Translations under genes and position numbers: made by a program
Origin: Camelus ferus
Taxonomy: Eukaryota
Direction of reading: 5' to 3'
Assembly: GCF_009834535.1 (NCBI RefSeq)
Contig: NC_045696.1
Coordinates: 79,176,001 to 79,240,000 of the forward strand
Length of the DNA: 64,000 bases
In this document: in pieces, positions 36,501-50,657 of the stretch
Layout: each line of letters opens with the position of its first letter
Numbering within the stretch: the first letter of the stretch is position 1
Notes under the pieces: generated by a model
What the model was told of the DNA's origin: nothing
Databases searched by the model: none
The model's input: the letters and a program-made list of their open reading frames with translations, nothing else

Positions 36501-39500
36501 TGTATGCGTGAGAACTAAGCACATTCATTGAGGTTGGAGCATGTTGGAGGTAAGGAAGCAACTTTCCTAAAGACACTGAAACAACAGTATGTACTTGATC
36601 ATCTAATACATCATGACGTTAAGACCTTAGGAGATGAAAGGGCTGAGAGTGAGTTTCAAAACATGAGATTTTTTTTAAATGGATAAAGATTCTTTTATAC
36701 AAAGGATAAAAGTGAAGAATCAGTTCAACTGAGGTTGTATTTACTTCCTACCATCTCTAAAATAAAGCTAAAGATGTCACTCAATGTAGAGTAGCATTTA
36801 CTTCTGACAAGTATCATACTGATCCTACAATCTCACTCTTAAACTAGTACCCGCTAGTGACACCATAAATTGACAATCCAATCTAGAGTAGCTTAAACAA
36901 AGTTTCATTAGTTAAACATCATCTATACGCACTTTCTGCTATACTCCCAATAGAACCTGGTGAATAGGCATTACAGGTCCAGTCAAAACCATATGGTTTT
37001 TCCCCTCAAAAGACAGTTCAGACTCTTTTCTTCTATTTTTCCCCTCTCCATCCACCACAACCCAAGTTCCCACAGTTCCTCTGCAAATAATACCCTTTTA
37101 CCTGTAGAACTATTTACTTTAACAGTCCCTTTAGAGGTGAAAGAGATGGATGTGCCAAAGTTAAAACCATAGAGGTGACTTTTGACTGGAAGTATTTACC
37201 TATACCTTGCACTTCAGTTTCAGTTGTGTACATAAACAATGACTTAGTCTACTCAAATTTTTCATGGCATGGTTACAAAATTAATGGCAAAATAACTACA
37301 TATTTAAGGTAGACAAAACATATGAGTGTCTTAGAGAAAGCAAATGTGCAAATATCACACATAGTTTTACTAAAAATAAAATATTTTTCTTTTTTTTTCA
37401 GATGCCAAGTAGTCTGAAAATTAGAAAGTTAAACAATTCTTATTATGGCTTCCTTGTTTATGTAACAGTTTGGGTAAAATTGCCTTATAATAAATAAAGA
37501 TTTTGCTTAAGGGAAATAAATTTGTCATCCATGATGTAAATAGATTAAAGACACTGGAAGATCACATTCTAATTAAAAAAGTGACAGTAAATGATAAAAG
37601 ACTAAGCAAATTGCCAATATGCACATCTATTAGCTGTCACATCCATGAACTAGGACAAATTTATAATATGTTACTTATATCTCATTTCTAAAATGGAGAC
37701 AAGAGGTTATTTTTCCTGTCATATTATGCTTGTGAAACTAAGGAGTGTAATAACTGTATTTCACGAGTACTATACTAAACTCTTGCATTTAAACAAGCCA
37801 TCCAACAGTCTGTTATCGGATTGACAACTTTATTTATACCAAAGCAAAATGTTTAAAATTTTCCTTTCTGATCATAATTTTTCCATTTGAGACAGATCAT
37901 TACTCTGCCAATTTTCCTCTCACCACCATTATCCAAATACCAGAAGCAGCTATGTCAGGTTGTACTTTGGGTTTGAAGGGAAAATTAACTACGTCCATTA
38001 AAACAGACTGATCAATTTCCCTTTATTTATAGAAGACAAAGACTCCATGACAACTGACCAAGTTCTCCTCTGCCTGCAGACTTCCAGACCTCATCTTCTA
38101 GGTTACTGTGTTATAATTACCATCATTCTGTGGAGGGCCAGTCCTGCCAGCAACACAACTGATTTGCATAAAGCTAAATCAGAGCAGCAAAGTACCTCCA
38201 GCATCTAGAATTTTACTTTTGCTTTCAGCTTTAGTCCAAAGCCTGAAGGGAAATGGAAACTCATTGGAAGCCATAACCATCAAATTAGCCCATGTGCAAT
38301 TCCCTCCTTTCCTCTCACTAATCATGACTGAGGCTTATTGTCTATTAAAGATATTCAGAATGACTTCATTGACACAAGTTCTAGCCTATTCACAATAAAA
38401 AATTGAGGAAGTAAATGCCATTACATAATCTTGTATTCAATAGGATTTTATTGTAGATAGGACTTACAAGAAAGAAGCATCACTCTGCTTATCGGAATTC
38501 TGAAGCCTATTAGTAAGCAAACATTTCTGCTGTTGGTTTGCTGATATAAAGGGATGATAATGAAGAAGATTTAGCAAATGTATTATCCATTTTAGAGAAA
38601 TCTAGATTAAACATAAACCACAAAGAAAGGCAGGTATATGCCATTGACAAAAATATAAAGGCACAAATGAGAATGTTCTGATTTTAATCTTGAGCCAAAA
38701 CAGTCTGGAGTTAACTTCTTAATAACTTTTTATTTTAAAAAATGAAATGTGTGTACAAATAGATCCTTTTAAAACTATAGATAAGAAAATTTAGAAAAAG
38801 TAAAATTTTCCATCAGCTATCACTCACATTGCTATCTGAATAATTTTTAATTTTAATTAAAGTTACTAATTTTTACTAGTTCATATAGGCTATTTAACAA
38901 AGCAAAAGCTTTCATCTATTACATACCTACTGTATGTCATATATTATATTAAGCACTCTAATTACACTTCTTCATTCCAGAAATGTTTAAAGAATTTCTA
39001 TTATCGGTTTGGAGACTAACCTGGTCTGGCTCCTGGGGTTAGAGCAGTGAGCAAGGCACAGAGAATTCCTGTACCCACAGAGCTGAAAGCCTGAACGTTG
39101 GAGGTGCAGAATAACTTAGGCTAAGTTAGACAGCCTGCCAACTAAGTATCTAGAATCACTTTTACTTTTAAAATTTTATGGTATAATCAATGCATTTGTT
39201 CTAGTGAAACATTTATTTAAATAATACAACAGAGTACAAAACAAGCACTGCTCGAATAGTCGCTGTTACTAGTTGGGTGAGTTTCTTTCCAGATATTTTC
39301 TGTGCATTGATTAATAGAAACATATATGTACCTTTATCATTTTTGAATAATCAGACTATGTGATACACACAATTACATGTATTATGTTTTTATTTTACTT
39401 ATAAATATATTGTGGTCTTCTTTCCATATCAGTATGTACAGATGTAGCTACTTAATTATCTGAACAGTGTTCTTTGCCTAAATATAAGATATTAAATGAA

Positions 39501-39924
39501 TGTAATGTCATACTCAAGATTAAATATCTTCAACCACATACAGGGGTATAAAATTAAAAGTTCAGAGACACACACAGAGACATATAAACATACACGTACA
39601 CTTCAGTTCTTCATCTACACTATCCAAGGTTTGATTTTTAATTGTTCTGTTGGCAATCATTTTTATCCTTATTATTTGTTAAGTATTATAATTACTATAG
39701 TCGTATATGCCCATCTGTATAAACACATACCGATTACTGGAATCATCAACTCATAACAATACCTAGTAACTTAATGGAATGAAAAAAGAAATTTTGGAGA
39801 CAAAACACTATCCTGCTCTTGCTCTCCCTCTCCCAACTCTAGATTCGGTTATTTCTTTTGTTTTATCACTATTTTTTAAAATTTCTACTGGTTGACATGA
39901 GGATTTTAAGATTTAGAGAACTTT

Positions 39925-40102
39925 CATTTTTAAAAATCTTTTTTAATGAATGAATTAATTAATTTTTTTTTTTTTAATGTTTGGGGGAGGGTAATTAGGT
40001 TTATTTATTCACTTATTTATTTTAATGGAGGTGCTGGGGATTGAACTCAGGACCTCTTGCATGCTAAGCACACACCCTGCCACTGAGCTATACCCCCTCT
40101 CC
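39925..40102 (-). mobile_element. tRNA-Ala-derived SINE (Vic-1-like, camelid)
   Basis: Minus strand GGGGGTATAGCTCAGTGGCAGGGTGTGTGCTTAGCATGCAAGAGGTCCTGAGTTCAATCCCCAGCACCTCC (A and B boxes), then an AT-rich tail and poly(A); TSD tagagaacttt (39914-39924) / tagagaccttt (40103-40113). Confidence 0.88.
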
Positions 40103-40959
40103 TAGAGACCTTTATTTATTTCTTTTGATTTTCCAAAATTACACGTCATCTATTGACTCTACAGTACAAAAGATAAGAGGAAATATTCACTGTTCCTTCA
40201 AACTCATACCCTTTGCACCATCCAATATATGCTACTTTATTATTTTTATGTTTTCAATGTTTAAAACATGTACTTTAAAATTTTGAGATATAATGAAGTC
40301 TTCTCTGACTTTACAATAGGCTAATTAAGAGACCTAAAAACAGATTAATGGCATTAAGAGTACTGATCATGTACAGTGAACTATAGAGAAGGATATATAA
40401 ACCTATATTGTAAAAACTTCACCCACTCAGAGAAGGCCTCTAATACTCTTCGGCTGTCCATCTGTGTTGTGTTAACTAGTATAGGCAACTGACAGGGATT
40501 TCTCTGACAGTCTTGTAAGCCTCTGTCCCACAGGCCTGTCCCTGTTCACAATGAAGTACATGTACATTCAGGTCATGCCAACAGGTTTCGATACAGAGCA
40601 GGGCAGGCAGACAGACATCGTGGAAGACTCTTCCTTAAGAACAATCTTATGAAGAATTAAAATCATTTACATTTCATCTCTTTAGAGAGCATTTCTCTTT
40701 GTAAGAGAACAGAGATGTGGGGCAAATGTCCCTGCCTTTTGGAATCTTTAATGGATCAGCCTGACCACATTGCTCACAAGGGTAGTTCTTTTACTCTTTT
40801 AAATGTACTTTATCTACTGACGATACTCATTTTCCCTCCTGCTATAATATTTATATCTATACCTTGATTTATTATTCTAGGAAGTGTTTTTGAATCTCTA
40901 GAATGAAACAGATTTTTTTAAAACAAAAGAAAATTCGAACAAATAGAAAATGAGTGATA

Positions 40960-41380
40960 GCCTACAAACTGCAATAAGAAAAATCAATACAATTGGAAAT
41001 TTAAAAGTAGCCAACAATTCTCAAAAATTTAGAAATTCAAAAAAAAATGTATCTAAATAATGCCTGGTCAAAGAAGATATCACAATGGAAACTTCTAAAT
41101 ATCTAGAACTGAACAACAGTCAAATATTACCAATTAAAAAAAAAATGAGATACATCTAAAAGTTAATGTCAAATAATAAATGAAATATTTACTAATGCTA
41201 AATTAAAAGTAACACTAAAATTAATAAAGATTCTACTAAAATTTTTAAATATAGCAAAGTAAACTCCAAACAAAAAAAGGAAAAAAAACATAATATAAAA
41301 CTAATGATAAGGAAAACAAAAAAGAAAACCAGTGAGGGGCAATAATACCAAAATCTGACTCTTTGAAAGATCTATAAACG
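40960..41380 (+). mobile_element. Ancient LINE-1 ORF2 fragment
   Basis: ctaaataatgcctggtcaaagaagatatcacaatggaaact..aaatatctagaactgaa resembles L1 ORF2 just after the endonuclease domain; frame destroyed. Confidence 0.6.
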
Positions 41381-41652
41381 CCCCTTTTCCTGCCATGTCC
41401 CTCGTCCATATCACATGACAGTATTATTTCCCAAGGAGTAAAATAACAGCCCTTAAAAATATTTTCCAAGACTCCCACCTGCATGGGTTCTCTCTGAATA
41501 TACAGGGTGTGGCCTGCTACTGGTACAAAAAAAATAGAGAAACAAACTAAAATAACTTTGCTAGGTCACAGTTGTATATGCTTGAGAGGCAGAAAAGAAT
41601 AAAAGAGGCCCAAATGCAAAGTTTCTGGAATACACATTGTGAGATAGTGTTT

Positions 41653-41674
41653 TGTGTGTGTGTGTGTGTGTGTG
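41653..41674. repeat. (TG)11 microsatellite
   Basis: Visible run. Confidence 0.95.
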
Positions 41675-42853
41675 CTTTTAAAGTATAATTATGTTGTAAG
41701 CTCTTTGAAAGCATGTTATTGTTTTCATAGTGTTAGTTATTAGGAAAATGCTCAAAATACATTACATTTTACTGTCAAACTGGATAAAATACCGAATCCT
41801 TTTAAGTGGGAAGATTTCATTTCCTTTCTTTCCTTTTATTTTCTTCTTTCTCTGAAGCATTTCAGGCTTCACTGCTGTGCAAAATGTTGCAATAACAACA
41901 AAGTGAAGTTAAATCCACTGAAATATAATATTAAATACACATATTTTTATTAAGAAGAGAAACATCTTTAATTTATATTATGCTTTTCTCCAATCCAAAT
42001 CTTGTAAGGTTTTATTGTAGACAAAAGCTGTAGAGATTTTCAAACTAAGACATGATCCATGATTTCAATTAACCACTGACATTACTAGTGTGGTTTCTAT
42101 GGTTGTGAAGACATGAATAAATGATTTGAGGATCACTTTCAGACCTAGAATGAGTATTTCACAGGAATGCTATAGTAATGAAAAATCCGGAGCTACCTGT
42201 ATGAACTACACATGCAATTTAGCCCTAATGATGAATAAGGAGTCTCATATAAAAATTTCATCTGAGCTCACTTACTTTAAAACTATCATCCCAAATGAAA
42301 TGAAATCAAATAATGTACGAGTTAGAAATTATCGTGGGAATCAATCGTACCGACTCCTTTTGATATTAAAGTTGCATGTTTACAGTGGGATAACCAGTGA
42401 TGCAAATCATGACCCATTTGAATCAACTGTGATGAGTAAGAGAGTTCAAGAAATTGGAAACCTATCCAAATAACAGTGCTTAGCATTTTACCCAGGTCCT
42501 ACATAGGCTTGATTACTAGATTATAACTTTAAAACAGAAGGTAACTGTTTTCCCAGATTTTGAAAAAGGTGTCTGAATTTAAACATCCCAGAACAGGAAA
42601 TGACAAATCATTCTATCCTTCTGTTTTGTCTGGTGGATGGATATAGAGAAAATATATGACTCAGTCCAAGGCAGAGAAGTCTGACAGAGCTCATTTCTCT
42701 TCACTCATGCATCTTTTAAATCCAGCACAATGTTGTCCTCTGAGAATTCAAAATGGAAGAGAAAAGGCTGGAAATCTCTTTCCAGGCTTATGGTGCAATT
42801 GAAGATGGTAACAAAGAGGGAACTACAAAATGAAGGTCACTGAAACAGTAAGA

Positions 42854-42934
42854 TATATACATACATATATATATATAAAATATATATTATATGTATATAT
42901 TATATATATATATAATAGATTTTATATGTATATA
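42854..42934. repeat. Degenerate (TA)n repeat
   Basis: Visible run. Confidence 0.85.
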
Positions 42935-43800
42935 TTTTTTCTTTTTACAAAGAGAAATGTTTTTGTAACTAGGGCAATGCTGGATTTAAATGATTTTTTA
43001 AAAATATTCTTTCTATTATTAGCTCTTGGTCATTATTAACTTAAATTTGTGAAATGTGCCTAGAATAGGGAATAAGCGAATCCTGGAGTTCTTGGATAGT
43101 AAAATAAAACAGTAATATCCTGAAGATGCCCCATACAGCCCATTAAATGGAATCTATTTCAGAGACTGCAGTCCTTAAGTGTATTATCCCTCTTCCCCTT
43201 TCAAGGTGGTAACATGGTTTTCATGATTTTTCTTTTCACTTGTCAAATACCAAAGCTTATTCAATATTGCAAATTCTAAAAGTATTCATTTTGTGTTCAC
43301 TTTGTAGAATTGGGAGGTGAGAGAGGAAGAAAATCAGACAGCTTAGTTAAGAAAATTGGAAGTCAACTTGGGTTTTGAAAAATAAGCGATAAAAATCTCC
43401 AAGACTGACATGGGAGGGAGTCTTAGGTTGAGAAGCTTGTGTGTTTCAAATCATGATACTGGGGATGTTGAGAGCATACAACAGACATCAAGTAGTCTAG
43501 TCTTTTAGGATTTTGATCACAAACAGCGTGGGAGTCCCAACATGCCAGGCATCAGCAGTCAGTGGGTTCAAGTTGGATCAACAGTAAAATTTGGATCAAC
43601 ACAAATTACCATGACTCCCATCTTCCATCTGCTTGATGTAAGGCACTTCCACACAGAGCTAACCAATTCAAAGGCTTTCATTCTTTTATTCTTACATGTT
43701 CTGAGAATGTTTGCCAGTCATTCTTACATGAAATTCCTCTTGTGCTCAAGAGTAAGTCTTAAGTACGTTAGCCACATGAGGGATCTTGTCTCTTCAGTTT

Positions 43801-43831
43801 TTTGTTTGTTTGTTTGTTTGTTTGTTTGTTT
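43801..43831. repeat. (GTTT)n microsatellite
   Basis: Visible run. Confidence 0.9.
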
Positions 43832-44379
43832 AACTAATGCTCCAAGAAAATGCCAAAAGAACCTTTTCCAGGTTCCCAAGTTCCCAGTATCCTAAGAACC
43901 AGAGCAATGTTGGGTTTTGTGTGGAACAATGGTGATACCATTCCCTGCAATTTGTACTCGTCTCTGAACGTGAGCTCTGAAGTTCATTTTATACCAAGTC
44001 TCGCCGAACATGCTATGAAATTGAATGTTAACTTCTGCCTTTCCAGTGCTGTGGTGGATCTCTAGCCATTTGCTTCACACTCTAGTCTACTACTCCTCCC
44101 TGGACCTCCGTGCACAAAACAATGATATTTTCTTCAGATACCTTGTGGAACGGTCTCCACGCATATGAATTTACGCACATAGACCCTGGGAAGGATCATC
44201 CACCTCTCTGTTTTTGCAGCACTGGTTTTGAATCTAATTTGGACAAAATTGTCACACTTATAATATCTATAACATCGCTGCTGCTTTTGCTGGACAATCG
44301 CTTTTGGCTATAAGAGAAGTTTTTGGTAACAGAAATATATTGCTACTTTCTTTCTTTCTTTTTTTCAGACTCTGGCAGT

Positions 44380-44620
44380 AGTTACTAAAGGCTGTTTTCA
44401 TGATCTGGCGTCAGACAGTTTTCACCTGAGAGAGATCTGCCTTGGGTTACCACTTCAACTACGTGAATGACAAAGTTTTAAAACACTCTTTAAAATTCAA
44501 TTATGCTCAGTTGGAAAATAGGAATAACACTTCCAGAACACAGTTGTTTTAAGGATGAAATGAGATAACCTGAGCAAGTAGATAATGTATATAAAAGCGC
44601 TACAAAAATGCTACTACTGT
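44380..44620 (+). mobile_element. MIR SINE
   Basis: tctggcgtcagacag..aaaataggaataaca..gttgttttaaggatgaaatgagataa. Confidence 0.6.
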
Positions 44621-47600
44621 TTGGATTAGTTAATCCCACCATGCCAACAGCCGGAACACGTTTCAACTACACTCCCTAGAGGTGAAGTCTCTGTAACATT
44701 CAGAACTCAGCTGTTGGTTTGTTTGTCTTCTATACACACCAAAATGAGAGGCTGCACACTTGACGAAAGTAACCCAAGAAGAATGACTCGGTATCCTTAT
44801 ACTGGGCGCAGCTAAGATACAGAATGGAAATAGCATCTTTGCTTTTTTGCTCTTACTGAGAAAATAAGACCTGGTAATGAAGATTCAGGGGGAGAAGTCT
44901 CTGAACAGCACTATTATTTCATTGCCAAGTAACTAATATGATGAGGAAATGTGAAAATAAGGGTTTTTTGTTTTTTTTTAAAGGATGATAGTGATACATG
45001 GTAGTGTATGGTTCCCAACCTTCAGTCTGACCTCCATAATCATAGATCTGACATATTTATAGAGTTGAATTGGAATGTTTCCTTACCTCTGTTGAGGGTG
45101 ATTGGCAATATTTAGAAATATTTAGAATTTCATGTTAAAAAGAGAAATAGTATTGTTTGACATTCAAACCATATATGTTGAATAATAGAAGTTTGTTTCA
45201 AGTGTTCGTATTGGCAACTTTCTTTCAACAGTCATGGTCATTCTTTACTTTATTGATGACATGCCTCTTGGTTTGTGACTCTTAGAATCTAAGATTACAA
45301 AATGTGGCACATCTTGGAAGACTGCAAGAATACATTATGTTGCCATAGAGGCATCTAAAATTAATGTTTCAAATATGCAGGGCTTAGAGCATAGAACTTC
45401 TTTGCCAAGTACAGCTCAATTTTAAAAATCAAGAGTATTTTGCTATTAGTTGGCTTCTAGTTAACTTACCAAAATGGTTATTTACTAGACAATGTTTAGA
45501 GTTCCATTATTCCTAAAATCTTAAAATATTGTCATGAATATTTTAACTTCCCATTTTATTTTGTTTAGACATATACATTTGAAGGACAACATGCAAACAT
45601 CCAGAAGAAAGAAACTGAGTACAGAAATGTTTTCAAATTAATTGTGTTGTAATTATCCTTCAAAAGAGTCAACTTTAGTCAGTGATGTGGTACACAAATA
45701 ATACTAAATTTTAAAATATAATTTTTTAATATCACCACTCTTATGTACACCATCATCCAGTGTTAATGCAAGGATCTTAAGAGCATTAATCCATATTTCA
45801 GCAAATATTGTTTGGTAAAGCATCTAAAACAATAGACTATGTCATATTTCCTTTTTATTCCTTCCAATAGTGAAAAATATGATATAGTGCATTGGTATCT
45901 ATAAAAGACCAGAACTGATACACTTTGCTCTACCAAAAATAATTATTCATGATTTTGAACAAAACATTTAGTCTCTTCTGTTCTGATTTTTGATCTTGTA
46001 ACATGGTTAAAAAAAAAAAAAAAAAAAAGCCTGGCAAAGATCTGAGCTTTTTGTTTGACTCTTCCAGACACTAGATATAGCTCAGGAGGTAACAATCTTG
46101 CTAAATCTCACCTTGGCAAAGTAGTAATGACACCTTTCTCCATGCATCCCTCAGGGCTATACACCCTTTGAGCTCCAGTTCAGGTATCAATTCCTCCATA
46201 ATGTTTTCCCTAACGAATATCACTTTTAATGGTAATCCACCCACTGTACTTCCATATTTTTTATTTTGAATTTACCATGCAACTTTCTCCTTTGATTGTT
46301 ATCGTGATAATGAAAGAATAAATGTAAATATTGATTTAAAAAGAGTTACAGGAGCTATTCATTATCTCGTAGATAAGAAGAGAAGTTAGTGCTGGTTATG
46401 ATATAAGTGAGCATTATATATACACAGAAAGTTAGAACAAATTCATACTCACTTAACCTATTCTTCTTTCTTTATAATTTTTATTATTTTAATATATGAT
46501 TCATAGGAAATGGTCTTCCTGGGCAAAGTGGAAAAAAAAAAGCTTTCAGTTGGCATTCTTGCACTGTTCCCCTTTTCATAGACTGAAATTGCAGAGTGGT
46601 TTTAGGACATCTAATTTAGGTAGCAAATATAATTTGATTCCTTTAATTAAAATGAGTTCCCAAGTAGTTATCATTTTTAAAAGCTATACTGATGTACTTT
46701 GCAAAGAAAAATGGATATTTGAATTAGGAACAGAGTTTTCCCCCTATATTAAAGGTGCATTTTGCTTTTAAAAAAACCTAACATAAACTTCTCCAGTATA
46801 AAAGTGATAAAGTGAGAACTTGGATATTTGAATGATAAAAGTTTATCTACTTTGTTTTTCAGGTTTCTTACAGTGTTTAAAATTAACATTTACAAATACA
46901 TTAAGGATATAGTACTTTTACATGTAATAAGTAAAAATATTTGGGAGGTAATGTATCAATTACTTAAAACAAGGTATGTCACTATCAGAAGTATATACAT
47001 CTTGGTAACTAACAGGTAAAATGATTATCACATTAATTTTAAGTAAAACTCAAAAGAGGTTTTATCATTATTACTGTTGACCCTAAGTTCCTAACACGCT
47101 ACTGAATTGATTTATTTTAATATTTAAAATTATGACATTTCAAAATGCACAAGAAAAATCTGCAGAAAACATGAAGCTTAAATATAATCTGTCTCCATTA
47201 AGTAATGTAAGTTTTTAAGATAATATCAGTTTGTCAAATGACATGTATTCAGTATAAAGGCAAAGAGTAAAAACGCACCTGGTTGACACATAGAAGAAAC
47301 AGTTGATGTGACTGTTTATAATTCAATCTATTTGCGAAATTCAGCCACCCAGTGTGCAGTAGTGTAAACATGCAATTTCCCCTGTATTAGACTTTTTGGA
47401 CACTCTGTAGTGTATTTGTTATATTTATTTTTAGATTGGCTCTAATATTAAATCTACTGCTTTACATATAAAAGAACTGCCTCTGAAAGGGGGACTGGAT
47501 TTGGAAGAAAAGTTATTAAGTATCTTATATAAAAATGTAACTAATACTGTATAAAATGCAGTTTATACTTTGTTATCTGACTTTTCAGATGTACTGAAAC

Positions 47601-48179
47601 TATTATAAGAAGTTCATAAATGCAATTCTTTAAGTCCCAGAAGCATCAGGAATGAGATTAACGAGAGAGAGACATTCCTGTACCTCACAAATAATTTACT
47701 AGCTGCCAATCGTATAAAGGTGTCATTAGTTGCTATTCTGTCTGTGATGGTACCACCACACTGACAACCTACACCTAAAATCTAGGAGGATGTCTAAGGA
47801 GTTGATTAATGAAGCAGGTTACATGTGATTATGCCGTGTCTTAAACATAGAACAGTGTGCAAGGTGAAGAAGATATGGATATAAAGGTGTAGAAGACTTG
47901 GTGTATTTCGCCTAAATTCCTAATCAGCAACCATATTGAAATAGCAATAATATAGGCAGACTGGATGACCAAAAATAAACTCATTTGAGACTACCTGGAA
48001 ACATTTTTATCTTTATGCTCTATCAACATCAGCATGATGACTTAAAAATATGACTTTTTTCAAACTAAAATGATATTGTTCTATTTATGAACATCTACTA
48101 ATAGGTCAAGTTGTTATTTATAATTTCAAGAATATAAAAGATATATTTATATATAAGTTGAAGCATGAATACTAAATTC

Positions 48180-50230
48180 CACTGAAATACAGAAAATATA
48201 AAGAAAGGAAAGGGTATTTATTTGTTTTTACAAAAACAACGTCACTGATTTAAAACTTTACAAATACATCCTTAAAAAAAGATGCTAGAAAACAATTGTA
48301 CATGCATGAAAAAAATTCAAACACATTAAAAAAATAGAATCAAGCAAGATATTCAATGAATTATGCCATGACCAAGTAGGGTTCACTTCAGAAATATAAA
48401 GTTACTTAAACATTAGAAATTCTTTACAATTCACTACAAGATGAATTTGATGAAGCATTAGGTTAAATATTTTTACTCCTTGGAGACTATTCCATGGCAG
48501 GTTTTCTTTTTACATTCTAAATAATAATTCACTTTCAGACCCAACCAGGCACTCATAATTCTATATTCTTTTCTTAAAGAGGGTCCTTACAGTTAAAAAA
48601 GTTTTAGGCCCCATATAAACTGGAAACATGCTAGTTTACTATATTAACAGGTGTATGGGGATAAAAAAGAGTCAAATGGTATCAAACTGCATGTGATAAA
48701 ATGTTGTCTATTTTTAATAAGACTCTTACATATAAGAGGTGGATGGGTAGTTCTTTAGCATTTTAGCATGAGTATGTTATGACTCTGACCAAAAGACCGA
48801 GTTTGGCTTAAAGGTAGAATTCTTGAAGCATTCCTGAAATAAGGCACAATAAGAAGATGTGCCCTCGCTTGTTTAAGTCGTAAGCCAGCACCACAAGATA
48901 CAAATCTTTAACACATTAACACTTATTTATTATCTTCCACAGGCCGATGTTGGTAAAGAAAAGGATAATATTGTTAGCAAATAAACTTGGATCTAGCCCT
49001 CATTTTCCATAGTTGTGTAGGGATGAGATTATTAATATTTTCAAATATTTTGGCTGTTTACTTGCAAATTTTGTTATTAGAAAGTATAAAATCATTTGTT
49101 AAGATGGCTGGTCATGAATCACTTCAGAAAGTAACCACCTGTAAAGTTTAATTTTAAAAACTGGTCTCAAATGTGCCTTAACAAAACCCTGAAAAATCTA
49201 GGATTAAATATAACCACAAATGTATATGACCTAGATAGATGTGTCTACTGAAATAAACATCAAAGACTTGAAAATAGGAGAGAACTTATTCTTGGAAATG
49301 AATGACTTGACATTGTAAAAGGTGTTTATCTTTATTAACTTAATTTACACATTCACTACAGAATTAATGACAATCTTATCATGAATTTTTAGGAGGTTGG
49401 ATTTGATGAAATATTCTAAAATTTGTCAGAAAAAAAAACTTCTGAACATAGTTAGAAAACTAATGAACAAAAAAGTAATGAATGTGTGTGAAATGGTCTT
49501 GACCCATGAGATATAAAACCTGATACATGTAGCTAAGTGAAAATACCATGGTATACACAGCATTAAAGATTAAAAGACAAATAGAACAGGAAAAAAAAAG
49601 AGTCCAAAGATAGACCCAAGTAATTATAAAATTTCTTAATTTAATGTGTGCTTCACGAAAGTATTTAAGATCATGAATGAAAATGTTTCAACCAAAAAAG
49701 AGCAGGGATAATTGGTTGTCAAATAGGGACGTGTATCTTTAACTCAATCTTTACGCTGAATTCCAGATAGCATTAAGAATTAAATATTATCCTCCCCCCA
49801 GATTTTCATGAATGCAGAAGAAGGCAAGGGTAGTGTATTTCTAATCATACCGTGAGGAAGATCTAAGCACAAGTCAAAAATTACAACATGGTGATTTTTA
49901 AGAAAGAGAACTTGTCCTGTGGGGATCTATCCAGATTACCTTGGGTAATTATCATATTTATCATTAATAAGTAAATTCATTACCATGAAGAGATGTCCTG
50001 GTTATGTTGTTAAATGGAAATACACACACATATACATGTACAGATATGTATGTATAAAATGCAGTTTATATAAAATTTTATATTACCTTAGTATGTGTTA
50101 ATGCAAAGACTGATGTTTGGAAAGATGTTTACCAAACTATTTTCAGTGGATGCCTGTGAGCAGTGAGACTTCAGGGCTTTTTACACACTTCATTATATTT
50201 TTCTGTATTACTTGAGTTTTCCACGGTATT
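48180..50230 (+). mobile_element. Highly decayed L1ME-type LINE-1 (ORF2 and 3' fragments), with a MER96B-like piece near 48510-48630
   Basis: ccatgaccaagtagggtt.., aaatctaggattaaatataacc.., gagtccaaagatagaccc.. are recognisable L1 ORF2 blocks in the expected order. Confidence 0.55.
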
Positions 50231-50638
50231 ACACTTATATGAAGAAATATGTACATATGTAATTAAAACAAATACATTAGCATAGAGAAAACATTACACT
50301 TAGATAAACATATCTCATTTTAGTATATATGACTTGCTTGCATTTGAGCTCAAATATACTTGGTGGTATCAATGAACTGAGTCACTTACGCTTCTGAAAG
50401 AACACATCTATTTATTAACTAGAGATTTTTCGATGACATGAGATCTGAGAATTGCATCACAGTAGGGGAATACAGAAATCGTCTGGTTTAACTGTCATAG
50501 TTTTATATATGAAGAAAGAACCTCAGGTAGTTGAAATGAGTTACCGAAATCCACATTAGAGGCTGAAGCCGGAGAAGGGATCATTTCCTGATGGGTACCC
50601 TTCTTACCTTATGACGCCGCTTCCCTCCCATGTTCCCG

Positions 50639-50657
50639 GTGCTGCCCCCTAGTGCTT
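50639..50657 (-). promoter_or_regulatory. Candidate CTCF-binding motif
   Basis: Minus strand AGCACTAGGGGGCAGCAC, near-consensus core; CpGs retained just to the left. Confidence 0.6.

Noticed and set aside
40027..40097. Possible tRNA-Ala gene
   Set aside because: Stem mismatches, a SINE-type tail, poly(A) and TSD indicate a SINE rather than a tRNA
42126..42473. 115-aa plus-strand ORF and an overlapping minus-strand gtaagt donor
   Set aside because: TTG start and no recognisable domain; the minus-strand segment has stops in all frames
47285..47780. Two phase-compatible minus-strand exon-like segments
   Set aside because: Weak donors (gtgcgt, gtacag), poor pyrimidine tracts and an unrecognised peptide
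50608..50648. Exon-like segment ending at AAG|gtaaga
   Set aside because: No polypyrimidine tract; better explained as the CTCF-motif patch
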